NCBI GenBank assembly: GCA_018831025.1
Contig: JAHJRB010000059.1
Coordinates: 1 to 43,812 of the forward strand
Direction of reading: 5' to 3'
Length of the DNA stretch: 43,812 nucleotides
Source: Nanobdellota archaeon
GTDB taxonomy: Archaea > Nanobdellota > Nanobdellia > SCGC-AAA011-G17 > ARS1403
A program made the position numbers and the translations under genes. Positions 25,682 to 34,361 of the stretch are shown here, piece after piece. Under the pieces are notes generated by a model. That model saw only the letters and a list, made by a program, of their open reading frames with translations. It was not told the DNA's origin and ran no database searches. Each line of letters begins with the position of its first letter. The first letter of the stretch is position 1.

Positions 25682-26438
25682 ATTTTAATTTAATAGGAGG
25701 TCTCCCTATTTTTTTAGAAATATTCCCACTATCCAAATATTCTTTATATTTATTTAAATGCCTATTATTCCTAAAACCAATAAAATCCATCCACATTTCT
25801 AAATTCTTTCTTCCACTTAATGTTAACCTAAATTCTATTCCTGTGTTATTTGTTCTTTTATCAAAATGTTTGTCTTTCCTTATATATACTAAAAATCCTT
25901 TTTTATTCAACCAAGACCCTATAATGTGTACTAATTCTTTGGACACTGAAGTTAATCCTATTTTAGGATAAATGGGATATATTTTTCTATTTTTATATAG
26001 CATTAATGAAAAATCTGTATCTGCAACACCTTGTATAAAAGGTATCATGAAATCATTATTGTTAGTAATCCATCTAGGGATTTTAATATTTTTACTTTTA
26101 TGTTTATAATAACCGACATATTTTAAAAAGTTTATTAATCCTTTTGAGGTAATGTAAATTTCTGCATATTTTGCTCTCTTTCTTTTATTTGCCCTTGTAT
26201 CTAAATTAAATAATTTTTTAATTAAGTTTTTAATATGTTTATTAAGATAATCATAATCATATCTAGAATCCCCAGATATAGAGATTACATTTCTATTTGT
26301 ATTAAAACTAACATAACCATCCCCAGCTAATATTCCAATAAATTCAGCTAATTCTTCTGAGGGTTGTTTAGGCAAATGTAAATTTCTCTGTTTATCATAA
26401 TGGCTTAATTTTATTCTTGATAAATCAAACGTTTCCAT
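25641..26438 (-). CDS. free-standing double-motif LAGLIDADG homing endonuclease
   Basis: 265 aa. Two LAGLIDADG motifs (LAEFIGILAGDGYVS and FIQGVADTDFSL). The last 13 codons (...GTRRFESRKDFL*) are antisense to tRNA-Phe (overlap 25641-25681). TATA TTTTAAATAAAATA lies ~25 nt upstream of the ATG, suggesting a near-leaderless transcript. Confidence 0.85.
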   Translation of the reverse strand: METFDLSRIKLSHYDKQRNLHLPKQPSEELAEFIGILAGDGYVSFNTNRNVISISGDSRYDYDYLNKHIKNLIKKLFNLDTRANKRKRAKYAEIYITSKGLINFLKYVGYYKHKSKNIKIPRWITNNNDFMIPFIQGVADTDFSLMLYKNRKIYPIYPKIGLTSVSKELVHIIGSWLNKKGFLVYIRKDKHFDKRTNNTGIEFRLTLSGRKNLEMWMDFIGFRNNRHLNKYKEYLDSGNISKKIGRPPIKLKLGTRRFESRKDFL

Positions 26439-26456
26439 ATTAAAAATGAGGGTTAT

Positions 26457-26505
26457 TTTATTTAAAAGCGCTACGGGGGTATGGCGGATGAGTCGGATAA
26501 GATTT
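26457..26505 (-). promoter_or_regulatory. conserved GC-rich element + TATA box, copy B
   Basis: The minus strand reads AATCTTATCCGACTCATCCGCCATACCCCCGTAGCGCTTTTAAATAAAAT. It matches copy A (20657-20703) except for a 3-nt indel and a few substitutions. It directly precedes the LAGLIDADG gene. Confidence 0.45.
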
Positions 26506-26583
26506 TAGAAACTTATATAAATAAAGAAGACATAGGAAAATTTATAAATAAATTAAGATTATAATATAAAAAGGTGATAAATA

Positions 26584-27069
26584 ATGGATAAAAAGGGTGC
26601 AATTGAATTTTCTATGACCACTATCATGGTTGTTATTATTGGTGTTGCTGTTCTTGCTTTAGGATTAACTTGGATAAGAGGGACATTTAGTCAAGTTGGC
26701 GGAATAACTGATGAAGCTTTTGAACAGGCAAGAGCCCAAATTTCAACAAGGGCTACTGCTGATAATCCGTTAGTAGTTTCTAACAGTAATATTAAACTTA
26801 AGCAAGGAGAACAAATTGTTCTTGCAGTTGGTTATTTAAACTCTGTTTCTCCACCAGCAGCAATTCAGGCAACTTTAGATGTTACTGGAATTGTTAATAG
26901 TGATATAACAAAGGATACTGGATCAAAGACAATACAGTCGGGAGAAGTATGGGATTGGAGGGTAATTTTAAAGGCGAAAACTACCGCAAGTGGTTCAGAG
27001 GTAGGAGAAATAAAGGTAACCGTTGGCGGGGTAGCAAAGGCTGTACCTATTAGCATTATCTACCAATAA
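26584..27069 (+). CDS. archaeal type IV pilin-like protein (class III signal peptide)
   Basis: 161 aa. MDKKGAIEFSMTTIMVVIIGVAVLALGL is a short charged leader with KG/A followed by a hydrophobic helix, as in archaeal prepilins/archaellin-like proteins. Confidence 0.6.
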   Translation: MDKKGAIEFSMTTIMVVIIGVAVLALGLTWIRGTFSQVGGITDEAFEQARAQISTRATADNPLVVSNSNIKLKQGEQIVLAVGYLNSVSPPAAIQATLDVTGIVNSDITKDTGSKTIQSGEVWDWRVILKAKTTASGSEVGEIKVTVGGVAKAVPISIIYQ

Positions 27070-27122
27070 TTTTTTTCTTTTTTTCTAAACTTTTATATAT
27101 TCTTGAAAATACAGTATTGTAG

Positions 27123-27836
27123 ATGAAAGAATTTTCAAAAAAGGAAATTGAAGATTATGACAGTTTATTATACATCAAAGCGGATACTAAAAGATTAAAG
27201 GCTATTGAAATTATAAAAGGAAAAAGGAAAGTTCTACTAAATAAAGAAAGAGAGGTAAGAAAAACTAATGCCGGTGGGATGGCTAAGAAAAAATTTAGGA
27301 GACATTTTGAAGCTGTAAAAAAAAGAACAGGAAGTTGGCATTTAGAAAACTTAGATAAAATTCAAAGAGATAAATATGATAAGTTAAAGTTGGATATTGA
27401 AAATCCTAAATACAAAGAAACTATTTTTAATTTTTTAAAGAAAAAAATAACTAATAAAAAATGGTATGAGAGATTCAGGTATTTTATAAAAAATAATACT
27501 TTAATTGTAGGCGGGAAAAGTAGAAGCTCTAATGAAGAGTTATTAAAAAATTATCTAGAAAAAGATGATTTAGTTTTTCATACAGAGGCTAGAGGAAGTC
27601 CATTTTTTTTAATTAAAAAAGGAAGTAAAGAATTAATTAATTTTACTGCTTTAGTAACAGCAAAATTTAGTAAAGAATGGAAAAATGCTAAAAAAGATAT
27701 TGAAGTAATGTATGTTAGAGGAGACCAAATCTACAAAGATAAAAATATGAATAAAGGAACTTTTGGAGTTAGAGGGAAAAAAGAGATAATTTTAGTAAAA
27801 AAAGAGGATATAGAAAGCTTTAAAAATAAAATTTAA
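27123..27836 (+). CDS. stand-alone NFACT-R (DUF814) domain protein
   Basis: 237 aa. WYERFRYFIKNNTLIVGGKSRSSNEELLKNYLEKDDLVFHTEARGSPFFLIKKG matches the NFACT-R/DUF814 core of Rqc2/NEMF/FbpA and CCDC25 (from memory). No NFACT-N part is present. Confidence 0.6.
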   Translation: MKEFSKKEIEDYDSLLYIKADTKRLKAIEIIKGKRKVLLNKEREVRKTNAGGMAKKKFRRHFEAVKKRTGSWHLENLDKIQRDKYDKLKLDIENPKYKETIFNFLKKKITNKKWYERFRYFIKNNTLIVGGKSRSSNEELLKNYLEKDDLVFHTEARGSPFFLIKKGSKELINFTALVTAKFSKEWKNAKKDIEVMYVRGDQIYKDKNMNKGTFGVRGKKEIILVKKEDIESFKNKI

Positions 27837-27851
27837 GCTATTTTTGTTAAG

Positions 27852-28466
27852 ATGGTAAAAATTTATGATGTTGATCCGGGAAAGTTAATTAAAAAATTAG
27901 CTGAGGAGCTAAAAAAAGTAGAATTAATTATTGCTCCTGAATGGGCTAAATTTGTTAAAACAGGCACTGGAAAAGAAAGACCACCGAAGGAAAAAGACTG
28001 GTGGTATTTAAGAGCAGCTAGTGTGATGAGGAAAATTTACGTTAACGGACCTCTTGGAGTAAGTAAATTAAGAAAGAAATACAGCAGTAAAAAAAACAGA
28101 GGTCATAAGCCTGATAGAGTTTATGTAGGGAGCGGAAATATATTAAGAAAAATACTACAACAGCTTGAAAAAGCTGAGTTACTAAAATATGTTGAAAAAG
28201 GAGTTCATAAAGGTAGAATCGTAACTGGTAAAGGTGAGAAGTTGCTTAATCAAGTTGCTAAAGAATTAGGCAAAGTTGAGGAAAGTGTTAAGGAAGAAAT
28301 AAAAAAAGTAGAAAAAGTTCCAGAGAAAAAACCAGTTATAGAAAAACCCAAAGAACCTTCTTTAGAAAAGAATGTTCATGAAGAAAAAAAGGAAATCAAA
28401 AAACTTATTATAGAAAAACCAAAAGAGACTAAAGAAAAGATTTCTGGAGGGGAAGATGAGTCTTGA
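27852..28466 (+). CDS. rps19e: 30S ribosomal protein S19e (eS19) with K/E-rich C-terminal extension
   Basis: 204 aa. The first ~140 aa (VKIYDVDPGKLIKKLAEELKK...WYLRAASVMRKIY...GKG) are typical S19e. The last ~60 aa are low-complexity K/E/P. Confidence 0.9.
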   Translation: MVKIYDVDPGKLIKKLAEELKKVELIIAPEWAKFVKTGTGKERPPKEKDWWYLRAASVMRKIYVNGPLGVSKLRKKYSSKKNRGHKPDRVYVGSGNILRKILQQLEKAELLKYVEKGVHKGRIVTGKGEKLLNQVAKELGKVEESVKEEIKKVEKVPEKKPVIEKPKEPSLEKNVHEEKKEIKKLIIEKPKETKEKISGGEDES

Positions 28467-28656
28467 GAGTTATGTCCCCTGGGCAGTTACTGCTCTTTGC
28501 GTTGTTGGCATCGGGGTACAGTATGATATTCTAAGGAGTCAAAGTGAAAGAAAATACAGAAGATTAATGGGAATCTCTGAAGAGGGAGAGGTTATAAGAA
28601 CTCCGGATATTGAAGGATTTTATAGTGTTGTAGGAGCAGAAGATGGCGAGCAATAA
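28456..28656 (+). CDS. small hypothetical membrane protein
   Basis: 66 aa. One hydrophobic helix (VPWAVTALCVVGIGV). It overlaps S19e (11 nt) and L39e (14 nt). Its 5' half has locally elevated GC. Coding status is uncertain. Confidence 0.35.
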   Translation: MSLESYVPWAVTALCVVGIGVQYDILRSQSERKYRRLMGISEEGEVIRTPDIEGFYSVVGAEDGEQ

Positions 28657-28816
28657 GCCCCGAGGGAAGAAAATCAGATTGATAAAGAAAGGAAAACAAA
28701 CTAGATGGGCTCCTTTTTGGACTGTTCCAAAAAAATATGGAACTGGGAAAAGAATTCATCCTGGAAGGCATACTGCTAAAAAGAGAAGCTGGAGAAGAAC
28801 AAAAACTAAAGCGTAA
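28643..28816 (+). CDS. rpl39e: 50S ribosomal protein L39e (eL39)
   Basis: 57-aa ORF not in the track: MASNKPRGKKIRLIKKGKQTRWAPFWTVPKKYGTGKRIHPGRHTAKKRSWRRTKTKA. This is the typical L39e sequence and the typical position upstream of L31e. Confidence 0.85.
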   Translation: MASNKPRGKKIRLIKKGKQTRWAPFWTVPKKYGTGKRIHPGRHTAKKRSWRRTKTKA

Positions 28817-28818
28817 AG

Positions 28819-29313
28819 ATGGTAGAAGAAAAAATTTATACGGTTCCTCTGAGGAAAGGATTTTTGAAAGTACCAAGGTATGATAGAAGTAGAAAAGCAA
28901 AGGATGTTCTTAAAGAATTTTTAAAAAAACATTTAAAAAAAGATGTTAAGATTGGAAAATATTTAAATTTAGAAATATGGAAACAAGGAAGACAAAATCC
29001 CCCAAGCAGAGTTAAGATTAGAATTGAAGAAAGTAAAGATAAAATAATTGCTGAACTTATTAATGCTCCTAGAGAAAAACTAAAAGAAGAGAAAAAAGAA
29101 ATTAAGAAAAAGAAATCTGAAGTAGCGGAGAAACAAGAAGAAGAAAAGAAAGAAGAAACAAAAAAAGCAATTGAAAACGTTCCTGAGGGAGAGATTAAAA
29201 AAGTTGATAGTGAAAAAAGAGAAGCAGAGCCAGTTGAAAAAGAGCACGCACATAGAAAAGGAGAGGGAATTATAACTCAAAGAACTGGAAAAACTAAATC
29301 TAGAACTAATTAA
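28819..29313 (+). CDS. rpl31e: 50S ribosomal protein L31e (eL31) with K/E-rich C-terminal extension
   Basis: 164 aa. YTVPLRKGFLKVPRYDRSRKAKDVLKEFLKKH...NPPSRVKIRIEE is the L31e core (~85 aa), followed by an ~80-aa K/E-rich tail. Confidence 0.85.
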   Translation: MVEEKIYTVPLRKGFLKVPRYDRSRKAKDVLKEFLKKHLKKDVKIGKYLNLEIWKQGRQNPPSRVKIRIEESKDKIIAELINAPREKLKEEKKEIKKKKSEVAEKQEEEKKEETKKAIENVPEGEIKKVDSEKREAEPVEKEHAHRKGEGIITQRTGKTKSRTN

Positions 29314-29358
29314 AAATCATAAACTTTATATACCTTTTCTATACCCAAAAAAGGTATT

Positions 29359-29490
29359 ATGAAAATTGTTATCGAAGAAGTTGTAGAAATGATTGAGAGA
29401 CAAGTTAAAAGTTATCCAACCAGTACCAGGGTTAGTGTTCCTAAGAGTTGGGCAAATAGAAGGATTAAAATAATACTTATTAAAGAGTAA
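29359..29490 (+). CDS. small AbrB/SpoVT-like (DUF2080-like) protein
   Basis: 43-aa ORF not in the track: [43 protein letters not shown]. The ...[14 protein letters not shown] pattern resembles swapped-hairpin AbrB-type or 'putative transposon-encoded' DUF2080 proteins (from memory). It ends 13 nt before the cdc48 ATG. Confidence 0.4.
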   Translation: MKIVIEEVVEMIERQVKSYPTSTRVSVPKSWANRRIKIILIKE

Positions 29491-29503
29491 ATTGGGGGGG
29501 AAA

Positions 29504-32500
29504 ATGCAAACAGGAGAAGCTAGACTAAAAGTAATGGAAGCTTTGCAAGAGGAAGCTTACAAAGGTATAGTCAGAATAGATAGTGGGACTATGGGTCATA
29601 TTAAAGTAAGACCTGGCGATATTGTTGAAATAGAGGGAAATAGAAAAACTGTTGCAATTGTTGATAGAGCTTACCCTAGTGATGTTGGTCAAGAAGTTAT
29701 TAGAATGGATGGTATTGTAAGAAGAAATGCTAAAACTGGAATTGGAGAGGTTGTAAATGTCAGAACTGCAGAAGTTAAAGAGGCTAAAAGCGTTACAGTT
29801 GCTCCTGCTCAACAAGGTGTTATGATCCAAGCACATCCTGATGTTTTTAAAAGAGGATTATTGGGAAGGGCTATGATTAAGGGGGATATAGTTGCATTAG
29901 GTGGAACTAACAGAAGGAAGAGAACATTGAGTGATAGTCCACTATTTGATGAAATCTTTAATGTTTTTGGAGAAGACTTTATGGGTAATTTCGGGCTTAG
30001 TTCACTTAAATTCATAGTTGTCGATACTAATCCAAAAGAAGCTGTAATTATTAGTGATGGTACAGAGATTAAAGTAAATCCAAAAGCTATGGAGGTTATT
30101 GAAGAAAATATTCCTGAAGTAAATTATGAAGATATTGGTGGATTAAGTGATGAGATTATAAAAATAAGAGAAATGGTAGAGTTGCCGTTAAGACATCCTG
30201 AGATATTTAAAAAATTAGGTATTGAACCGCCTGCAGGAGTGCTATTACATGGTCCGCCGGGAACTGGTAAAACTCTACTAGCTAAAGCGGTTGCTAATGA
30301 ATCAGAGGCTAATTTTATTTTAATTAATGGACCCGAGATTATGAATAAATTTTATGGTGAATGTGTTGATGAAAATTCTTTAGTATTTACTAATGGAATT
30401 GGTTTGACTCCTATAAACGAAGCGATTCAAAATTCTGATGTTCATAATATAGCTGCACTGGACTTTGAAAATCAAAAAACAAGTATGTTGCCTATATCTG
30501 ATAGATTTGATAAAGGCGTACAAAATACTTTAACTGTTAAAACACCCCATGGTAGTATAACTACAACTCCAACTTCAAGGCTATTAGTTTTAAGAAATGG
30601 AGAGCCAGAATGGGTTTTTGTTAAAGACTTAAAAAAGAATGATTTTGTAGCTACTTCAAAAAATATGCCTCGGGGAAAAGAAGAAATTCCTATTTTGATT
30701 AATTTTTTAAAAAATAATAATTATTTGCAAGGAGATAAAGTTAGAAAAATATTTGACTTATACAATGGATATGGAAAAAATAAAGAAACTGCAGAAATAC
30801 TGGGAATAAAACAAAGAAGATTAGAAGATTTGAAATATAGGAAATCTGTTCCAGTTAAAATCATAAAAAAGTTAATTGAAGGGAAAGAAGATCTTATTGA
30901 AGGAGATTTTAATTTAATGGGTAAAGGAAAAATCCCTTTTAGATTTAATTCCGAAATAGCTTATTTAATAGGATTAATAATTGGTGATGGACATCTTAGA
31001 TATACCTATAAAAATAAACATGTAACTACCATTCATTTTACAAATGATGATAAAAAAGTAGTTGAAAAATATAAAAAAAATATGAATGATGTTTTTGGAA
31101 TTAAAGATATTAAATATGACGGCAAATATGGATATTATTTTTCTTCTTCAATTATAGGAACTTTATTACATAAGCTTGGAATTCCTTATAGCGATAAATC
31201 TCATAATGCTATTATTCCTAATTATGTTTTAAATTTACCAGATGAAATGCTTAAAGAATTTATTAAAGGACTTTTTGATAGTGATGGGGAAGTACATTTT
31301 GTAAAAAGTGGAAGACAAATAATTCATTATACTATGAGTGAAAAACTTAATATTGGTTTGAGATTGGCACTTCTAAGATTTAATATTCAAACAACATTGG
31401 GAAGGAAAAAAGATGGGACTTATATACTAACGATTAGTGATGTGAATTCAATTGACAGATTTAGAAAAGAAATAGGATTTAATCATATAAAAAGAAATAA
31501 AAGATTAAAGAAAGAAATAATTGTAAAATATAATAAACCTGTTTATGATAGAATTCCTGTTTATGATTTTTTAAAGAACATTGCTAAAGAATATAAGATA
31601 AGTAAAAGGGAATTTTTAAGAAATAAAATTAATTTATTTGCTGTAAAATCTTATACTGATAAACAAATTAAAAAAACCATAAGAATATTGAAAAGATATA
31701 AAGTTGATTATAAAGAAATAGAGAAATTAGAATTATTAAATAAAAATGACATTTTGTGGTCTCCTATCAAGGAAATTAATGAAGGAACGGCTCATGTATA
31801 TGATTTGACAGTTCCTAAGGATCATAATTTTATTGCTAATGGTTTTATTGTGCATAATTCTGAAAAAAGATTAAGAGAAGTTTTTGAAGAAGCTGAAAAA
31901 AATGCTCCTAGTATTATATTTATAGATGAGATTGATGCTATAGCTCCTAAAAGAGAGGAAGTTCATGGAGAATTAGAAAGAAGAGTTGTAGCGCAGATGC
32001 TTGCTCTTATGGATGGATTAAAAAATAGAGGCAGAGTTGTTGTTATTGCAGCAACTAACAGACCAAATGCTATTGATCCTGCTTTACGTAGACCTGGAAG
32101 ATTTGACAGAGAGATTAGTTTTGGAGTCCCTGATAAAAAAGGAAGATTGAATATTTTAAAGATTCATACTAGAAACATGCCGCTGGATAAAACTGTAAAC
32201 TTAAAAGATATATCTGCAATTACTCATGGTTTTGTTGGGGCTGATTTAAATGCATTGGCGAAAGAAGCAGCTATGAATGTACTTAGAAGACTATTACCTG
32301 ATTTTACATTGAGAGAAAAAGATCCAATACCTAAGGAACTACTAGATAAACTCGTTATAACTGGGACTGACTTTAAAGAATCTTTGAAGATTGTAAGGCC
32401 TAGTGCAATGAGAGAAGTTTTAGTTGAGATACCTAATGTAAAATGGGAAAACGTTGGTGGATTAGAAAGTACTAAGCAAGAATTAAAAGAAGCTGTTGAA

Positions 32501-33436
32501 TGGCCATTAAAATATCCTTCAAGTTTTAAAAGATTAGGGATTAAACCACCTAGGGGGATATTACTATATGGTCCGCCGGGAACTGGTAAAACTATGCTAG
32601 CTAAAGCTGTTGCTAATGAATCAGAGGCTAATTTTATTTTAGTAAAAGGTCCAGAGTTGTTGAATAAATTTGTTGGTGAGAGTGAAAAAGGTGTTAGAAA
32701 AGTATTTGAAAAAGCAAGACAAACTGCTCCAACTATTGTATTCTTTGATGAGATTGATTCTATAGCTCCTAGAAGAGGGACTGACTCAAGTAAAGTAACT
32801 GAAAGAATTGTTAATACTATGTTAAGCGAGATGGATGGATTAGAGGAAATGCATGATGTAATTGTGCTTGCTGCTACTAACAGACCCGATATGGTGGATA
32901 GTGCATTATTAAGACCTGGAAGATTTGACAGAACTTTAATGATACCTGTGCCTGATGAAGAATCTAGATTAGAGATTTTAAAGATACATACTAAAGATAT
33001 GCCTTTGGAAATAAATAAAGAAATAATAAAAGAACTAGGGAAAAAATATGATGATAATTATATTTATGAAGAAAGCAAAATCCTCTCAAAAATGGCGGGG
33101 GATGAACCAATAAAATCTGAAAATATAAAAAAGAAGAAAATTAAATTTAAAGAATTGAATGATAGGGAAAAAATATTGTATTATATTTCAAAGGACCTTA
33201 ATAATTTTACTGGTGCTGATATTGAAAACTTATGTAGAGAAGCAGCGATTTTAGCTTTGAGAGAAAATATTAAGGCGGATAAAGTTAGGGTAGAACATTT
33301 TGAAGAAATTATGAAAAAAGTAAAACCAAGTATAACTGAAAACGATTTAGAGACTTATAAAAGAATTGAAGAAGAATATTTGAAGACTGCTAGAGGTGCT
33401 GCAATTAAGAAGGAGGCACCTACTTATTTTGGTTAA
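29504..33436 (+). CDS. cdc48: AAA+ ATPase Cdc48/VCP (CdcD), intein-containing
   Basis: N-domain followed by D1 and D2 AAA modules (two GPPGTGKT Walker A motifs, two DEID Walker B motifs, SRH regions). ATG at 29504 is preferred over the TTG at 29492 in the track. One intein lies in D1 (separate feature), and a ~60-aa K/E-rich insertion lies in the D2 lid region. Confidence 0.9.
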   Translation: MQTGEARLKVMEALQEEAYKGIVRIDSGTMGHIKVRPGDIVEIEGNRKTVAIVDRAYPSDVGQEVIRMDGIVRRNAKTGIGEVVNVRTAEVKEAKSVTVAPAQQGVMIQAHPDVFKRGLLGRAMIKGDIVALGGTNRRKRTLSDSPLFDEIFNVFGEDFMGNFGLSSLKFIVVDTNPKEAVIISDGTEIKVNPKAMEVIEENIPEVNYEDIGGLSDEIIKIREMVELPLRHPEIFKKLGIEPPAGVLLHGPPGTGKTLLAKAVANESEANFILINGPEIMNKFYGECVDENSLVFTNGIGLTPINEAIQNSDVHNIAALDFENQKTSMLPISDRFDKGVQNTLTVKTPHGSITTTPTSRLLVLRNGEPEWVFVKDLKKNDFVATSKNMPRGKEEIPILINFLKNNNYLQGDKVRKIFDLYNGYGKNKETAEILGIKQRRLEDLKYRKSVPVKIIKKLIEGKEDLIEGDFNLMGKGKIPFRFNSEIAYLIGLIIGDGHLRYTYKNKHVTTIHFTNDDKKVVEKYKKNMNDVFGIKDIKYDGKYGYYFSSSIIGTLLHKLGIPYSDKSHNAIIPNYVLNLPDEMLKEFIKGLFDSDGEVHFVKSGRQIIHYTMSEKLNIGLRLALLRFNIQTTLGRKKDGTYILTISDVNSIDRFRKEIGFNHIKRNKRLKKEIIVKYNKPVYDRIPVYDFLKNIAKEYKISKREFLRNKINLFAVKSYTDKQIKKTIRILKRYKVDYKEIEKLELLNKNDILWSPIKEINEGTAHVYDLTVPKDHNFIANGFIVHNSEKRLREVFEEAEKNAPSIIFIDEIDAIAPKREEVHGELERRVVAQMLALMDGLKNRGRVVVIAATNRPNAIDPALRRPGRFDREISFGVPDKKGRLNILKIHTRNMPLDKTVNLKDISAITHGFVGADLNALAKEAAMNVLRRLLPDFTLREKDPIPKELLDKLVITGTDFKESLKIVRPSAMREVLVEIPNVKWENVGGLESTKQELKEAVEWPLKYPSSFKRLGIKPPRGILLYGPPGTGKTMLAKAVANESEANFILVKGPELLNKFVGESEKGVRKVFEKARQTAPTIVFFDEIDSIAPRRGTDSSKVTERIVNTMLSEMDGLEEMHDVIVLAATNRPDMVDSALLRPGRFDRTLMIPVPDEESRLEILKIHTKDMPLEINKEIIKELGKKYDDNYIYEESKILSKMAGDEPIKSENIKKKKIKFKELNDREKILYYISKDLNNFTGADIENLCREAAILALRENIKADKVRVEHFEEIMKKVKPSITENDLETYKRIEEEYLKTARGAAIKKEAPTYFG
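30249..30322 (+). repeat. 74-nt segment near-identical to 32568-32641 (Walker A region of D1 vs D2)
   Basis: By hand alignment there are 3 mismatches in 74 nt (atggtccgccgggaactggtaaaact...gaatcagaggctaattttatttta). Flanking D1/D2 codons are much more diverged. Confidence 0.8.
30362..31858 (+). mobile_element. Cdc48 intein with LAGLIDADG homing endonuclease domain (499 aa)
   Basis: It interrupts the conserved [11 protein letters not shown]|SEKRLREVF. It starts with Cys ([10 protein letters not shown]) and ends ...FIVHN followed by Ser+1. Endonuclease motifs are [11 protein letters not shown] and [12 protein letters not shown]. Confidence 0.85.
32568..32641 (+). repeat. second copy of the 74-nt Walker A segment (D2)
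   Basis: See 30249-30322. Confidence 0.8.
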
Positions 33437-34308
33437 ATCTTAGTCGTAATTATTGGTTTATCTTTTACTATTACTGTGTGTTCTGCTTGAGAAACAATTC
33501 CCCCAGATCTTTCAACTAATTGAGGGTATTGATGGATTATTTCTTCCCTCTCTAAAATTCTTAATCCAAAACTGCCTTTAAAATCTCCGAATTTTTTTAG
33601 AATTTGGCTTTTATGAAAGGGGAGTGTTTTGAAATTGTCTATTATAAAATTTAAAACGTCTCTTCCAGAACGAGAATTTTTTGGATTAACTAATTTATAA
33701 ATTCCAGAAGGTTTTCCATCTTTAACATAACCATCTCCTGTTGTTGCAAAGGGTTCTACTGCAAAAACCTGATTTTCTTCTAAAGGGGTTCTATCTTTAT
33801 TATTAAAATTTGGGACTGTTAAACCTGCATGCAATTCATAGGGTTTTATTTCATGACCGGATAGATTTCTTATTGGTTGAAAGCCGTAACCTACAATAAC
33901 TTCTTCAATAGCCTTGCCTATTTTTGTTAATGGTGTTTCTGGTGTAAATAAGGTTAATGCTTCCTTTAGTGCATCTTTGCTTGCTTTTACTAACTCTAAA
34001 TGTTCATTATTTTCACTAAGGTCTACTGTTAAAGCTGTATCAGCTATATGTCCGTTAATCTGGACTCCCAAATCTAATTTAACTAAATCTTCTTCCTTAA
34101 ATTCAGTATCATCAGAAGGATCGGGATAATAATGGGCTGTTATATTATTCATAGAAATTTGGGGGGGAAATGCAAAAGCTCCCTTATCTGCTATTATTTT
34201 TTCCTCTACCTTTTTTACAACCTCAGAAAGTTTAATTCCTGGTTTGATTAATCTTCTACCGTATTGCAATGCTTCTGCTGCAATTTTTCCTGCTTTTTCA
34301 TAGCTCAT
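33433..34308 (-). CDS. map: methionine aminopeptidase, type II (archaeal)
   Basis: 291 aa. Pita-bread fold metal ligands in context ([34 protein letters not shown]). Confidence 0.9.
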   Translation of the reverse strand: MSYEKAGKIAAEALQYGRRLIKPGIKLSEVVKKVEEKIIADKGAFAFPPQISMNNITAHYYPDPSDDTEFKEEDLVKLDLGVQINGHIADTALTVDLSENNEHLELVKASKDALKEALTLFTPETPLTKIGKAIEEVIVGYGFQPIRNLSGHEIKPYELHAGLTVPNFNNKDRTPLEENQVFAVEPFATTGDGYVKDGKPSGIYKLVNPKNSRSGRDVLNFIIDNFKTLPFHKSQILKKFGDFKGSFGLRILEREEIIHQYPQLVERSGGIVSQAEHTVIVKDKPIITTKI

Positions 34309-34361
34309 AAAATAAAGTAGAAGAATAATATATTTAAAGCTATTTATGTGGTTTTAAGGGT

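Noticed and set aside
25378-26520. Idea that the LAGLIDADG ORF sits inside an intron of a minus-strand RNA gene (rRNA fragment, RNase P or SRP RNA)
   Set aside because: The flanks on the minus strand do not resemble any structured RNA I know. The 5' flank is a TATA-containing promoter-like element. The 3' flank is fully explained as the plus-strand tRNA-Phe.
28515-28585. Possible C/D-box sRNA (ATGATAT ... CTGA) in the GC-richer region between S19e and L39e
   Set aside because: The C box is imperfect. There are no convincing D'/C' boxes at the right spacing. The region is equally well explained by a 66-aa ORF with a hydrophobic, GC-richer codon segment.
29492-29503. TTG start of cdc48 given in the ORF track (MGGK-)
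   Set aside because: The ATG at 29504 is preceded by a purine-rich GGGGGGGAAA stretch and gives the conserved N-terminus. The TTG extension is probably an ORF-caller artefact.
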